Assembly (NCBI GenBank): GCA_040954595.2
Contig: CM082593.2
Span: 1,374,901 to 1,438,900, forward strand
Reading direction: 5' to 3'
DNA from: Balanoglossus misakiensis
Taxonomy: Eukaryota > Animalia > Hemichordata
DNA length: 64,000 bases
The position numbers were made by a program, and so were the translations under genes. The notes beneath the pieces were generated by a model. That model had not been told where the DNA came from. It did no database searches and was given only the letters and a program-made list of their open reading frames with translations. Shown here one piece after another: positions 62,000-64,000 of this stretch. Every line of letters begins with the position of its first letter. Within the stretch, counting starts at the first letter, position 1.

Positions 62000-64000
62000 C
62001 TGTTAGGGATGATGTGTGCTTCATCTAGTTGCAGGCTTGCAGGATTTAGGTAGTTTAGCAAACCCATACTCCTCCTTCATCTGTGAAGGAGGAGGTGGGA
62101 AGATAGTCAGTCTATCAGTATCATGTGGATCGAGCCATTACAATGTAACAAGTACATACCGCTTCATTTTGAATTAAGCCCCTTATTTGTGGCCACATCC
62201 TGTTACTTTTAAATTGAGGGGAGAATTAGATCCACTCACACAAATATGGGGGCTGTGGTCTAATTCAACTCATAGGCTGAAAGATCTGTGCTTATATTAA
62301 ATACATGAAGTCATAGATTTCAAATCCCCCATTTGGCAATTCCAAATCCTCCTGGTGGTGTAGGCGGTATGCAAGTTGAAACACTATTAACCAGTGAGTG
62401 CATTGCAAGAAGTGTTGGCGTGTGAAAAAGCCTTAATTTACTCAAGAGAAATGTCCTTATCAAAGTAAAATTTATATTTTTGAATGCCCTTTGTATTTGA
62501 TGAAAATTATTTCTTGAAAAGATGAAAATTTCAAACTGTGTGTACATTTATAGAAACTGTATTTCAAATGAATGACTGCTGTGAGATTAAACATTGGAAA
62601 TTTTAGCTTGTTTTTCCTAGAGTTATTGCATGTACACTGGTAGATATTGTGCTTTTCAAACCCAGTTTTAAACAAGCAAAATCTCTTTATGTAATATGAA
62701 AGAAATTTTTTACAAATGTGTCTTGAAATTTGAATAATTAAACAATACTCCTTGTATCACTGAATACTAATCTGCCCACATATCTTGTATTGTAGGTGTC
62801 AATTCTTTGTAGAAGACATGCATTATTGGGTGAGAACATGACAAAAGTCGTGCATAGGTATGTAGGAACAACACACACACAGAACTAGTTTGAGATAACT
62901 GCAGTGTGTTTGTTAAGGGCGGTACTCAGGTAAATGTTACCGGGGTTCCCCAGCCATTTTACCAGGGTTACCCTTGGTATATCAATGCAGTCATAGTTTA
63001 GTAGATACCAGAAGCGTTACTGGGGTTCCGAAGTCATTTACCAGTGTTCTCCAGCCTTAGCAAAAACACTGCACTGCATGTGTACAAAAACAAGTAGAGA
63101 AACTCCTCAGAAATGATAGCTACTGCACCTTTAGTATTACAAAAAGTGAAATATATTAGTGCAGACACTAATACGAATAACAACCAGTCTCACAATGGTG
63201 CTGCCCCAAATACAATGTTCAGTCCCACACCAGAGCTGCACTAATGCGAATGACTAATTAACAACCAGTAAACTGCACTTTTCGTATATGTGCATGTCCT
63301 CCAGCTGTGTTTGAGTCTTCCTCAAGATATCAACGGTTATTTATTTAGTCTCTGACTTGCAGCATATGTAAAATCACGACAAAAGTACAGGTATACATGC
63401 TTGAAGGATAGAGAGTGTATGGTTCTGCTAAAAAGATTTATGTGAAGGAACTACTTCGACAGTGACAGTGTGGGAAGTCTTCACTTTCCCCGCTCTGATT
63501 CTTTTAGTACTTTCATGGTCCATTTGTTTGATTGGGAGTCAACACGGATATTAATAGCACAATTTTCCGGAATGTGTTTCACACTGTATATATCAGTACA
63601 AAGAGTATTTGTTTAAAAGTATAGTCGGAAGTGAAGAACATGATTCACTCACTTGAGGCGGAGGTGGCCACATTGTAATGACGTAAATTGTTATTAATTT
63701 TGTGTCGATCACTACCCTGACTGAATAGAATTCAGACCTCATTTCCTTCGTGGGTTCCAGAAATGATGATGTGGAGGAGGAAGCGAGAGAGAGAGAGGGG
63801 GAGGTGGAGGAGGAAGAGAGAGGGGGAGGGGAACTGGAGGAAGGTCAACATGTTCAAACTCGTCACGAGTGACAACTTGATTTTATTTTTGGAAAGGGTC
63901 ACATTTTAGAGTAATGAGACGAAATGCGTCAATAGACATCAGCAATACTAAACATCACGGTACAGCAGCTTGTCGGTGCAATAGCAATATTATTCATAAT

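Noticed and set aside
62917-63060. Degenerate short repeats (TTACC/TGGGGTTCC)
   Set aside because: Too short and degenerate to assign to an element; no termini or TSD found.

Overview
AT-rich, intron-containing eukaryotic DNA, most likely from a marine invertebrate bilaterian (the species cannot be determined from the sequence). Gene order: EFCAB6-like EF-hand gene (+), HELT bHLH-Orange factor (+), ZFAND4 (+), ENKD1 (-) head-to-head with a C2orf81/DUF4639 homolog (+), then three tandem histidine acid phosphatase (ACP2/ACP3-like) genes (+). The most striking locus is 44-56 kb, a recent tandem duplication with a 5-nt microhomology junction (GATGG). It made the first phosphatase copy a chimera: no transmembrane anchor or lysosomal sorting tail, a new C-terminus and 3'UTR from an alternative frame of the duplicated C2orf81 last exon, Gly in place of the HD catalytic Asp, and an intronic LINE RT fragment in frame with the phosphatase behind a phase-compatible splice acceptor. 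A C2orf81 intron holds a 3.2-kb non-autonomous element (608-bp minisatellite TIRs, TATGG..CCATA ends, 6-bp TSD; IS3EU-like) with a nested Helentron-type element. ZFAND4 introns look unusually structured. All exon coordinates were read by eye from GT-AG boundaries and reading frame; no database searches were run.
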